A DNA stretch of 64,000 bases from Octopus sinensis (lineage: Eukaryota): the NCBI RefSeq assembly GCF_006345805.1, contig NC_042998.1:167524001-167588000 (forward strand), in the 5' to 3' direction. Both the position numbers and the translations under genes were made by a program. Below are positions 25,772-38,023 of this stretch, one piece after another. The notes below the pieces were generated by a model. That model made no database searches and had not been told where the DNA came from. It saw nothing but the letters and a program-made list of their open reading frames with translations. Position 1 is the first letter of the stretch. Each line of letters begins with the position of its first letter.

Positions 25772-26346
25772 ATATAGACAGCAGTTTGCAATGTTTTACC
25801 AAACAGCAAAACTTGAATTGTCACTAAATGTGACTAGAGCGTTAGAACACCAGCATTGCTAGAATTAAGTGCTAAAATGGTCTAACGCTGTAGTTAAAGC
25901 CCATAATTGTATACGTATGTATTGACAGAGACCGAATTGCCCGAAATCACCGGTCGAGAATTTCCTATACTGATCGGTCAGTTTCGACTGATTCCATAGC
26001 CTCGTCAGCAGGGACCACTTGACTCGGCATCTTCCGGACTTGCTTTTCTGCCAGTACATATGTATTCACCATAAAAATCTGTGGACGATTAAGCGAATCG
26101 CTAATGTATATACAATAATTCAATATAGACAGCAGTGTGCAATGTCTTACTAAAAAGGAAAACTATAATTACCACTAAATGTAACTAGGGTGTTAGAACC
26201 CGTACATTGCTAGAAATAATAGCTAAATACTCTAATTCTATAGTTTGTATACATAATAGTTTGTATGCATAATTGTATACATATGTACTGAAGGGACTGT
26301 AATTACCCGAACGCACTGATCGAGAAATTCCTATACTGATCGGTCC
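25772..26346 (-). mobile_element. Retrozyme-like tandem repeat (~350-366-nt unit, about 1.6 copies)
   Basis: 25772-25979 aligns with 26123-26345 (about 75-80% identity by eye); each copy carries hammerhead sequence at the same position. Confidence 0.75.
25952..26016 (-). ncRNA. Full-length type I hammerhead ribozyme
   Basis: GGTC CCTG CTGACGA GGCT ATGGAATC AGTC GAAA CTGA CCGA TCAG TA TAGG AAATTCTC GACC: canonical core, three stems, 8-nt bulge in stem I. GUA cleavage predicted between 25968 and 25967. Confidence 0.9.
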
Positions 26347-26900
26347 CTATATTTGCTCTTTTATAGAGTGAGATCTAAAATGATATTTGAGCCCCGAAAC
26401 GCGTTTGAAAAGCTGATAACAAATACTGCAGCAATGTTTCACTTTAGCATTGGCTCCATTTTTCGCTCGTTTATTACGAATGTTGACGTGCCGCTTCAGT
26501 CTTCCATGTGATATGCAGGTATTTTGACAGACATTACATTGAAACTGATCATTCGGAATAAAGTAGCAACAGTTCATGTATGTCTTATCCACATGGACAC
26601 GCAGGTTCAATTTCATACCAGCGTGAGATATGCATACTTTTGTGCATAAGAAAATATTTGAAGAACGAATGAGAAGCTCACGCACAGCTATCGATATTCA
26701 TCTCTTTTTCTTTTACGAAATTTTCTTTTCATTTCAGCCTGCTTCACGCTGTCGATTTCAAAATCTTTAACTTCGCCTTAAATGGTAACTCTCCACGCAT
26801 CCCTGTCTGCCGCAAGTGAATTAAGGCTTTTGTAGCATAATTTAAAACCTTTCAATTTGATTTTGAAGAGTCTTTTGTAGCTTTTCTTCGCATTACTAAT
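26347..26900 (-). mobile_element. RTE-clade LINE ORF2 C-terminus with C2H2 zinc fingers (relic)
   Basis: SLAADRDAWRVTI*GEVKDFE...AEMKRKFRKR, then zinc fingers FQCNVC...RLKRH and CCSIC..LFKRVSGLKYHFRSH, plus a frameshifted third finger; internal stops. Confidence 0.8.
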
Positions 26901-27089
26901 TTTTCTTTTATTGTGTCTCGGGAGAATCATTCCCTTTTAGTACCTTATTAATTTAACACACTCACCGGTCTGATTTCCTCTCATTTATTTATTATTTTAA
27001 AATTTTTCGGTGCGACTTACAACCTTTTTAATAGTCGTTTGTTATTGGAACTGCGTTCTTTTTATTTGTATGTTTGTGCAGACGCATGT

Positions 27090-27104
27090 GCGTCGGTGTG
27101 CGTG

Positions 27105-27138
<34 letters not shown>

Positions 27139-27183
27139 TGTATGTATGTATGTATTATGTATGTATGTATGTATGTGTGTGTG

Positions 27184-27214
<31 letters not shown>

Positions 27215-27420
27215 GTGTATGTATGTGTGTATGTATGTGTGTATGTATGTATGTATGTATGTATGTATGTATGTATGTATGTATGTATGTATGTATGTAT
27301 TTATATATGTATGTATGTATGTGTAGGCATGTATTTGGGTGTATGCGTATATATATATATGCATGTGTGCACATTTGTATGTATGTATGTACTCTGCATG
27401 TATGTGTGTATTTGTGTGTG
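27090..27420. repeat. (TATG)n microsatellite
   Basis: Direct reading. Confidence 0.95.
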
Positions 27421-27475
27421 TACCTCTGTTTATTCTTGAAAATCAGTTATTATTATTATTATTATTATTATTATT

Positions 27476-28028
27476 GAGTGAGAGAGCAGTTCATGCCATC
27501 AAAGTGACACTGGGGTAAAATATACGAAGCCCAATATACCCATCATGACTACCCGTCTGATAAAGGTACACCAGGCACATGCATCACAACCATATGTGCG
27601 CGACATGGTGATCTCATATCAAGATAAACAACACATGACCTTGCAGGTGGGGCCCAGTTAGAATTTTCTTCAGGTGAGTAGCCCATCCTGCTCAAACGGT
27701 CCCTGAATAAGGGTTGCTTTAGGATGTTGAACGAAACACCTATGTTTCCAGAGGTGAACCATTCAAACTCCAAAGAATCCCTCTCAACACATGGCCATGA
27801 TGCTCCCCCACTACTTCTGCTCGTGATCAGAGATGCACATATCGTCAGCCACTAAGGGACATGCTCAACTGGTTAAGGTCAAACAACTGACAAGCAAACC
27901 TGTGGTATTGAGCAGAATATTTGCTGTAGCCCATCTTTTATACCAAGACAAAACAATGTACATGATAACACTTCCAGTCAGTTAAGATCAGAAGCCATGA
28001 GAGCCACTGCCTGGTACTGCATCAGGGC

Positions 28029-28030
<2 letters not shown>
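27476..28030. mobile_element. ~555-bp non-coding element flanked by (ATT)n on both sides
   Basis: Full inverted copy at 29829-30372 and partial copy at 18138-18361. Confidence 0.85.
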
Positions 28031-28088
<58 letters not shown>

Positions 28089-28990
28089 GAGATGAAAACT
28101 CACAGCTTAATTTACTAGGTATGATGGAAAGTGTCAGCGGTCCACAGATAGCAGACCAATGTGCCACTTGTTAACTGGTCATGCTTCAAAAACCCTGCGA
28201 AGAATTCTTGCAGTTCCAAGGAATGCTGATTTTTGTAGGTTTTCTACCTTCACACTTGCACCAATCTTTTTTAGCCATGTTGGTAGTTGAGTACTGATAC
28301 TTTCAAGTGCACCAATTACTATTGGTATTATGTCTACTCTCCCCATTGACCACAACCTTTGTATTTCCCACTTCAAATCGTCATAGTTGTCTATTTTCTT
28401 CTTCTTTCACATTTATCCTGTTGTGACCGGGGTACGCTATATCGATTAGCATGCAAGTTCTTTCTTTTTCATTCAATACAACAATGCCTGGTTTCCGATG
28501 TGTGGTCGGGTGATCGCACTGGATCATTGTATCCCACAGGATTTTGCAATTCTCATTCTCGGTGACTCCTTCTGGAGTTTTCTCATACCACGTCTTTGCT
28601 CTTAGTAGGTCGTGATGTCCACAGAGCCCTCAATGGATCATTTTTCCCACATTATCATGACGTCTTTTATATTCGCGTTGTGCTAATTTCAGGCACTCTC
28701 TAACGATGTATCATACCATTTCATCCCTCTCACCACACATTCTGTATTTGTTGCTGTCGGTAGTGTTGTATATTCTACACTTCACACAGTTGGTCCTTAA
28801 CGCTTGTTCTTGAGCTCTCGCGTATGAGTGCTTCTGTATCTTCAGGTAATTCCTCCTCATCCATATCCACCGGTCTTCGCGTTCACATCTCTTGCAAACT
28901 GACCATGCATTTTCAATTTTGATGACGTCGGCCTTCTTCGTATGTTTCAACAATAGCACCACATTAACGGGAGGCAATAAATTGGTCTGT
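28089..28990 (-). mobile_element. Dong/R4-like non-LTR retrotransposon 3' end with (TAA)n tail
   Basis: KWEIQRLW...IIPIVIGALESI...LQKSAFLGTARILRR, upstream YRMCGERDE; (TAA)n at 28031-28088. Confidence 0.9.
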
Positions 28991-29254
28991 AACTGTCAGC
29001 AGTATTTCCCTTTGAGTACAGCCTACTCGGAGCATTGGTTATTTGAAGGTGCCAGATACTCGTCTTTTCCCACTCTTCTCCTGTTGGTTGGGTGGAGGAG
29101 TCGGGCTTGAATGTCAGGAGACCGGTGTTGCGCAGGCCATTGGGTATTTTATGTGATGGACTCTCAACACCACTCATAAGAGAGAAAGAAAAGAGAGAGA
29201 GAATAAATAAATAAAAAGAAAAGAAAGGAAGATCAACTAGGGAGAGGATGAAGA

Positions 29255-29345
29255 CATTTAACACAGCAGGTTCAGTATAATCCATTCAGATCGACAACGA
29301 GAGTAGGACTGCTCAGGGGTGATTGTCAAAATGGAAGTGAGGTAG
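29255..29345 (-). mobile_element. Possible Penelope GIY-YIG C-terminal relic
   Basis: Frameshifted RSEWI...TEPAVLN resembles the E..WI..L.T..P.GLN tail. Confidence 0.3.
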
Positions 29346-29828
29346 ATATTAGACATGAGAGAAGATGGTAGAGGGGGGTGGGTAGGGCGGTCGCATCACC
29401 GCCAAGAAAAAGTGCCTACTGCACAAACAGGAAAAGATTCAGTCGAGAACTAAAGTTGCAGAGACATGTTATGTATTTTAAAGATATTTCTTTGTAATAT
29501 ATATTAGGATCATAGCTCAGGGAGTTTTGACTGGGACTCCCTTGATTGTAAACAAACAGACGTCCAGCGTGGTTCTAGTAGCATATAAAAATTGTACTTT
29601 GCAGAGAGGGAGAGGCAGATAGAGAGAGAGAGAAGAGGAGGAGGAGGACGGAGAGAGAAGAAGAGAGTGCGAGGAATGAATTAGAGAGGGGAGAATGAGA
29701 ATTTACCTCGTGAGATAAAAGTTACTTTCGAGAAATTAATTAAATTTGAGGACGTGACAATTAATTTGAATTTGAAAAATAAGGGAGTGTTACCAATAAC
29801 AACAACAACAACAACAACAACAATAACT

Positions 29829-30372
29829 TGCCCTGATGCAGTACCAGACAGTGGCTCTCATTTGACTAATTGGAAGTTTTAACATGTACATTGTTTTGTC
29901 TTGGTATAAAAGATGGGCTACAGCAAATATTATGCTCAATACCACAGATTTGCTTGTCAGTTGTTTGACCATAACCAGTTGAACATGTTCCTTAGTGGCT
30001 GACGATATGTGCATCTCTAATCATGAACAGAAGTAGTGGGGGAGCATCATGGCCGTGTGTTGAAAGGAATTCTTAGAGGTTTGGATAATTCACCTTTGGA
30101 AACATGGGTGGTTCGTTCAATATCCTTAAACAATCCTTATTCAGGGAACTTTTGAGTGGGATGGGCTAGTCGACCAGAAGAAAATTCTAACTGGGCTCCA
30201 CCTGCAAGGTCATGCGCTGTTTATCTTGATATGAGATCACCATGTCACGCACATATGCTTGTGATGCATGTGCCTGGTGTACCCTTATCATACGGGTAGT
30301 CATGATGGGTATACTGGGATTCGTATATTTTACCCCAGTGTCATTTTAATGACATGCACTGCTCTCTCACTC
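29829..30372. mobile_element. Second full copy (inverted) of the (TAA)n-associated element
   Basis: Reverse complement of 27476-28030; flanked by (AAC/AAT)n. Confidence 0.85.
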
Positions 30373-30594
30373 ACTTTTTAATAACAATAACGATATTAAT
30401 AGATGGTGTCACAATAAAAACACTGGTAATTGCGCAACCTGAAAATCGCTACCTCATATGAGTGACAATGAAAAAAATATTGTGAATAACGGTGGTAGCG
30501 AAACTGAAGCCAATGATGGTGACAGTGTTACACTCGGTAGGCTCATAGACCATCAGTAGTCAAAAAATCGGTGGTGCACTTGTATTATTGAGGG

Positions 30595-31450
30595 CGGTAG
30601 GTTGACGTAATTGTTAGAGTATTGAGAAAAGTGTGCTTCGTGGCATTCATTCTGGGACTTTACGTTCTGTGTTCAAATCCCGCAGATGTTACTTTTGACT
30701 TTCTTTTTTCCAGGGTCGATAACATAAAGTACCAGTAAAGTACTGTGGTAGATATAGTCGAGGAACCGCCACCTCCTAAAATGTCTGGCCTTATGTCAAA
30801 ATTTCATGTAGCTATTTGAAGACCGATAGCTGACAGATTCGTTAGACCGTCGGAGTAAATGTTTAGCGGTATTTCTTCCGACTTATTACGTCCAGAGTTC
30901 GAATTCCATTGCAGCCAACTTTGCCATTCACTCTTCCAAAGTTAATAAAATATATTACCAGTCAAGTACTAAGATCGATCGTATTGACTCACCTCAGAAA
31001 TTTCTGCCCTTGTGCCAAAATTTGAAGCAATTATTACTTTTAAAGGTAGACAGCTGTCAGAATCGTTAGAGTGTCGGAATAATCCCTTGTGGTATTTTTC
31101 CCGCTCTTTACGTACAGAGACAATTTTTTGCTTTCGCTTTTTCAAGATGGATAAAATAAACTATCTCTTCAAAACTGCTGAATTGCTGGCCTTGTGTTTA
31201 GGTGAAAAACTATAATTAATACGAGGATGGGTTTGTTGGCAGAATCGTTAGAATGCCGGCGAGGATAGCTTGCAGTATTTATTCCGGCCTTTTACTCTCT
31301 GGGTTCAAATCTCCCTGAGGTCAACTTTGTCTTTCATCCTTTCGTGGTCGATCAAATAAAGTACCACTCAAAATCTGTAGCCTTTCATTCATTAATACTA
31401 GATAAAGTACCTATAGAGTACCAGGATAAATAAGATCAACTTAGCTCCTC
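30595..31450 (+). mobile_element. Cluster of about four degenerate SINE family A copies
   Basis: Repeated GAATCGTTAG / GTTCAAAT / GTCGAT-AAAnTACC blocks. Confidence 0.7.
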
Positions 31451-32239
31451 ACTAAAATTTACGATTTTCGTCGTCGTAGTAGTAGTAGTAGTTTCACCTG
31501 GAAATACTTTAGTAGAGAAACAAGTGTCATACCTTCACACAAACAGGAGCCAAGAACAAAAAAGTGAAAGGCTCTGAAGCCACGCTAACGTACATACGAA
31601 TAGAAATTTGCATTGAACATTATATTAGTAACGTATGCTACACAACATACACAACATAAAACTCACATCTAACTGTTTAAATTCGAGCTGTGGGTCAGGT
31701 GTAAAATAGAAATGGTCATACGGCATCATTTGATAAAATAGATCAGACTTCCGATGCATTGTTATGGAAGCAGTTGCAATCCAGGTGTGTTTGCTCATAG
31801 CAATGGAATTTCTCACGCTTTCTTTATTCATTCTGATCTGTCTTTGCCCTGAATCGGAACAGTGTGGGTTAATTGCGAATCAAACAACCTTTACCTGTTT
31901 CATTTTTCTTTCAGTGTGTGTGTGTGTGTGTGTGTTGTTCTTTGCTTTCATTTTTTTTTTTTTTTACGATGTGCTTACTTTTGACTGCTGATGATAGTTA
32001 TGGAGATGAAGTCATTATGTAGGACACAGATGACGGGAGTAAAGCTGCGTAGACACTATCTGTTGCAGGTGTACGTACCACGGCTACAAACATATTTGCT
32101 ATTTTGTAGATATATATATCTGCACACACGCGCGCGCGCGCACCCATACACGTACATCTACACACGCACGGACTGACATGCATACATATACATGCATGTA
32201 TGTATGTATCTATGTATATACATACATGCACGTATGTAT

Positions 32240-32303
<64 letters not shown>

Positions 32304-32434
32304 CATACATACATTTATGAATGTATATATGTAAATATACATTTAAGAATACATATATATATACATACATGTATACATGCGTTCGGATATGTATATATAT
32401 ATATATATATATGCAGATATATATATATTTGCGA

Positions 32435-32482
<48 letters not shown>

Positions 32483-32747
32483 GTGTGCGTACATATATGT
32501 ATACGTGTATACATACATGTCTACACACATGCACACACGCACACATACATAGTATAAATTAATAGGAGATGGATTTCGTATTAGACCATTATTAGGTACA
32601 CCATATGTTGCGACACATCCCTTCAGGTACATTGATAAAGATGTCTCACTACATATTTTTAATGTCGGCTGGCAAAAGTTAACATAAAATGAGACAACAA
32701 AGTCAAGGCAGTGTGAAATTTCTAGGACATTAATAATGCGTAAGGTA

Positions 32748-32795
32748 GCCTTACAGTTGTTTCAGGGAAATAAAAAATATCGCTTCATCAGAGAC
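32748..32795 (-). ncRNA. Type I hammerhead motif (PLE-type, canonical core)
   Basis: GTCT CTGATGA AGCGA TATTTTTTATT TCCCT GAAA CAACTG TA AGGC; one C.C mismatch in stem II; GUA site at 32754-32752. Confidence 0.72.
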
Positions 32796-32924
32796 GATAT
32801 GCGAGAGTTAAATAGAAGGAAATAGTAGAGTCCAATAAACAAAAGTTATTTTTGAAAGGGGAAGATATAAGAAGTATACAAGGAATATGAGAATAAAAAA
32901 TGTTGATGTTAAAGTTGTGTTCCA

Positions 32925-32995
<71 letters not shown>

Positions 32996-33039
32996 ATACA
33001 TAATATATAATATATATATTATATATTATATATATATAT

Positions 33040-33053
33040 ATTACACAGAGAAA

Positions 33054-33085
<32 letters not shown>

Positions 33086-33162
33086 GATAGATAGGTAGAT
33101 ATACGTACATATATATAAACGTGTGTTTTGTGTGTGTATATATATACATATTTATGCACATA

Positions 33163-33215
<53 letters not shown>

Positions 33216-33593
33216 CACAGAGAGAAAGAGAGAGAGAAATGATAGATAGGTAGATATACGCACATATATATAAACGTGTGTTTTGTGTATGTATATATGT
33301 ATATATATTATATAATATTATATATATATATATATTATATATATATATATATATATTATAAGTACATATTTATGCACATATATATGTATATGTATATATA
33401 TATATTACACAGAGAGAAAGAGAGAGAGAGATGATCGATAGATAGGTAGATATACGTACATATATATAAACGTGTGTTTTGTGTGTGTGTATACATATAT
33501 ATACATATATATAAATATTTATGCACATATATATATGTATATATATGCATATATATAAACGTGTGTGTATATATATGCACATATACATACACA

Positions 33594-33632
<39 letters not shown>

Positions 33633-33655
33633 ATATATATATATATATATATATA
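33040..33655. repeat. Higher-order repeat: three ~180-190-bp modules built from microsatellites
   Basis: TTACACAGAG..(AG)n..GATAGGTAGATATACG..TAAACGTGTGTTTTGTGT..TTTATGCACATATATATG recurs at ~33040, 33212 and 33404. Confidence 0.85.
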
Positions 33656-34199
33656 ATGCCTTTGTAGATCGTTCGGAGACGTCTCCGAAGTCTGTATATT
33701 TGTATCAGTTTCTGCCTGGCTTTAAGTAACGATATATAATAAGCAGGTTTGAAAGAAAAAGAGAAGGCAAGTTATTTGTAATTTCCTTCGGCTTGAAATA
33801 AACCGCATTGATTGTTACAACTTCTGTGACGGTCTCGAAAGATCGTAAGTAACGTGTCTACACCTGAGATTAACGTATACAAACAGAGAAATAAAAAAGA
33901 CTTCTAAGGCTTGTCTTTTATCAGGTCGTTCCTGTTGTAGCTCGATACGTAACTTTCCCTGTATATATGAAACGTCAATCAATCATAAGTTATAACATAA
34001 ATAGTTATACATTTGTTCTGTATTTACATTTTTGTTTCAGCAACCAGTTTTTGTATTCACATCAAAGATTTTCGTCAAAGCGTATGCAAATATTTTGAGG
34101 GAAGGGTCTTTTTTTGTCGTTTATGATAAATAGCGATTTTTGCTTGTGGTACACTAGGATTTTATAAGGAATATATATATATTGTGTGTGTGTGTGTGT

Positions 34200-34772
34200 A
34201 TTGGGTCGGCAACTAAGTAAGTTTCTGCCGTATTTTAAATTTAATATTTTAAAATGGTTTAATAAAAAATAACAACTAATTAATCAATAATGTATTCACC
34301 TTTGTTGTTAACAACTTCTTCCCAACGTTCAACACGATTTTCAATACCTCGTTGGTAGAAATCATCCGATTTCGACTCGAAATATTGATCCAACCAAGCT
34401 CTAAATTCTGCATCAGTATTGAACGAAACTCCGCGCATAGCATTTGAAAGAGATCGAAAGAGGTGGAAATTCGTTGGTGCCAAATCAGGAGAGTACGGCG
34501 GGTGTAGCAGCACTTCTCAGTCATGCGTTTGAATGGATTCTTTGGTCATATTGGCGATATGAAGGCGGGCGTTGTCGTATAGCAGAAGAACTCCACCCTG
34601 CCGACTAGGTCTTTCCGCTTGAATAGCTGTGTTGAGTCGTTCCATCTGTTGACCGTTTGGTTCCACGTTGATCGTTTGGTTCCGTTCAAGCAATTCGTAA
34701 TGGATAATCCCTTCCCAGTCCCACCATACGCACAGCATCGTTTTACACGGATGAAGATTTTGTTTCCCGCGC
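34200..34772 (-). mobile_element. Mariner relic (D,D34D catalytic half + 3' TIR)
   Basis: TMLCVWWDWEG...YDNARLH...LLHPPYSPDLAPTNFHLF...GEYIID*; TIR TATTGGGTCGGCAACTAAG at ~34199. Confidence 0.92.
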
Positions 34773-35440
34773 AATAGTGATTAGTTATGAGAAATGGGTT
34801 CGCTATAAAAATGTCAAGTACCGAAGGCAGTGGGTAGGGAAAGGAGAAACACCGGTACCCCAGGCTGAAGAAGGCCTTCACCCACGTATGGTGTTGCAAT
34901 CTGTTTGGTAGGTTATGAAATGTTTTGTCTGCTTTGAATTTTAAAATCCAAACCAAACGATAACAAAGGGGATCTACTACGAACTGCTTGAGCGGCTGAA
35001 GTGTGCACTAGAAGAAAAACGACCATCTTAATTACAAAGCGAAAAGTATTCTTCGATAAGGATAAAACTCGACCACATACATCGAGGATGACATTCCAAA
35101 GGCTGGAGCAGTTTGAATGGGAAACGATGCCGCACCCACCATATTCGCCGGATATTGCCGGATATTACCCCATCTGATTATCATTTACTCCGCAGTCTTC
35201 AAAATCATTTGGACGGAAAAAATATGAATTCGAAAGACGAGGTGATAACAGTACTGGAGAACTATTTTTCGTCACGGACAAGTGAATTTTGGAAGAAGGG
35301 CCTTGCAAGTCTATTAGATACATGGCTGAGCATTGTAGAAAATGAAGGAGAGTATATTTTAGATTAAAAAAAGAACTTTGTTTATCTTAATTTTGCGAAA
35401 TAAAAGAAGTATAAAAAACTGCAAAATTTATGGGATCACA
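34773..35440 (+). mobile_element. Second mariner relic (catalytic half), opposite orientation
   Basis: EKWVRYKN...GLHPRMVLQSVW...PHPPYSPDI.PSDYHLLRSLQNHL...GEYILD*. Confidence 0.9.
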
Positions 35441-36242
35441 CACGCACACACATTCCGACGAATAAAAAATATTACACACGTGTGCTTACATTTATCTTAT
35501 TCATCACTTAACACAAATTATCTTCTCTAAATGTACACTTATATATTTTTAAAGGATAATTTGAAAAGAAAACAAGGTTATCCAAATGCTGTCCTATTGT
35601 ATTGACTAGTGACATGTTTGGACAATAAATTACAGTCATTAGTATTATTATGACTGGAGCGAATACATGAAACTATTGCATAGCATTTGTGCGTTTGTAT
35701 TCATATTGTAATCATTTTATCCTTTTGACATTTGCCATGTGTGTGTGTGTGTATTTATGCATGCATTTGTATGTGTATATATGTATACAACCTTGAAGTA
35801 CATGTGTGTGTGTGTGTGTTGTTTTATTCCTATTTTGGTAATGACAAAAATGTATTATTAAAAATACACACAGACTCATTCATACATATGTATGTGTTAC
35901 GAAGAAGAAGACGTCGAAATCTGTTGCTATTTTTGATATGTAAAATTTTATCCTTTCTCGTAAACAAAAATCAAATGTGGTTACGACGAATGACAAAACG
36001 TCGTGAGAGTTTGAATGTTGTTGTTCCTGGTTTAATTGTAGTAGTAGTCAAAAAGTTAGCTGCTGGTCAGTGAGTTGCTATAGCCTATCGTTCATTGTGG
36101 TTGTTGTCAGCACAGGTCAGTTGCTCTCAGTTAAAATGGTTCTGTTCCAAGTCTTTGGCGAGGTTTGCTCAAACAGATCTTCTGAAATACGTAGGAGGTC
36201 ATCAAGAGGGGTGCCTTAGCGACCCACAAGGTAGTATTTACT

Positions 36243-36472
36243 TGGCGAGTTGGCAGAAACGTTAGCGCACCGAGCGAAATGCTTAGCGGTATTTCGTCTG
36301 CCGTTACGTTCTAAGTTCAAATTCCGCCGAGGTCGACTTTGCCTTTCATCCTTCCAGGGTCGATAAATTAAGTACCAGTTACGCACTGGAGTCGATATAA
36401 TCGACTTAATCCGTGTGTATGTCCTTGTTTGTCCTCTCTGTGTTTAGCCTCTTGTGGGTAGTAAAGAAATAG
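36243..36472 (+). mobile_element. SINE family A
   Basis: Close match to 18841-19073. Confidence 0.9.
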
Positions 36473-37475
36473 GTATATTTCTGCCGTTTTTAACAACTGC
36501 TGTCTCGGTGATGTCATATGGTACTCAGACGCTATCTGCACTGATCTGAAGCTTGTTCCTCACTCTTTTCTTCTGAGATAGCCTTTCAATATCACTGTTT
36601 CAGTGAGATTTTGCCGTTGATGGCAGGTTCTCCCATGTTTTAATATCTATGGTTTCGATTTCCTCTGTAGATATTTGGGAATCTCTGCTAATGCATTGTG
36701 GTATATTGTGCTTGTAGTATGAGTTCCAACTGATATGCTTTTTGTAGTCTAGTATAATGTGCATTGATTATCCATCTTTGTTCTTAGCACATTTGTATGA
36801 TATATTTTCATCATTATCTAACTATTAGATAATGTTATGGAGAAAGGGTGCTCGGGATTAATTTTTCCATATTTAATTGTTATCTTTATATCAGCGGAAA
36901 TTGTGACTAAACCTCTTCTCTTTTCCAGCATTGTAAATATTTTGAACATAAATATTTGAATCATCCACAATGAAATTATGGGTTACATTAGTGTATTTTC
37001 CTGTAAAAGAAATTTCAGTGGATTTAGATACAAATTTGATAGAAGCACGTGTAAACTCTCATCTTGGATTATTACCACATGTAGGATCGGAAATTATGAT
37101 TCAAGTTATTAGTCACAAATGTGAGGATTGTAGATCAGGTCCTTATGAACTTTTCGCTGGCAGCTGATACGTTTGCCTGCTGGAATAACTTCAGAATATA
37201 TGGTGTATTTTTGTATACTAGTTATAGAATAAAGGTGCCATTGTTTTTAAAATGTAATGATTAAAGTACTGAATCACATAAAGTACTAAATGACATATAG
37301 ACATAAATTCATAGCGGTAAAATACATGTGAAAAGAAAGTGGTGTTAACGATTCTGTAGGCATGTCAGAAAAGAATTATTGGAGCAACTTATTTGTTTGA
37401 TAAATAGCACAGTTGATCATACGAATATAAAAAAATGAAAGTATAACAAAAGTTTCCAACAATATTCTTTTCTGC

Positions 37476-37682
37476 TCTAGGCACAAGGCCCGAAATTTTT
37501 GGGGAGTATGGAGCAGTCGATTAGATCGACCCCAGTACGCAACTGGTACTTAATTTACCGATCCCGAAGGGATGAAAGGCAACGTCGACCTCGGCGGAAT
37601 TTAAACTCAGAATGTAAAGGCAGACGAAATACCGCTAAGCATTTCGCCCAGCGTGCTAACGTTTCTGTCAGCTCACCGCCTT
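37476..37682 (-). mobile_element. SINE family A
   Basis: Close match to 13648-13843. Confidence 0.88.
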
Positions 37683-37835
37683 AGTTTCTAAAATTAAGTC
37701 AGTGCCCCAGCCTGGTCGCAGCCCAACGACTGAAACAAGGAAAAAGTAAATGATATACCTTAACTTGGTCAAAGTTACCAGTACCTGTTTTCTTTCGGCA
37801 ATACTACTATTTTATTTCACACACACACACACACA

Positions 37836-37931
<96 letters not shown>

Positions 37932-37983
37932 TGCACACACGCACACACGCACGCACACACGCACACACACACACTCTCTCTCT

Positions 37984-38023
<40 letters not shown>

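Noticed and set aside
26347-26685. C2H2 zinc-finger ORF as a host transcription factor
   Set aside because: It is continuous with RTE ORF2 C-terminal motifs containing stops and a frameshift, so it is a LINE relic.
18181-30005. CTGACGA / TCGTCAG in the three (TAA)n-associated element copies
   Set aside because: No stem II-GAAA follows in any copy.
34546-34956. 136-aa minus-strand ORF
   Set aside because: An off-frame read across the junction of two mariner relics.
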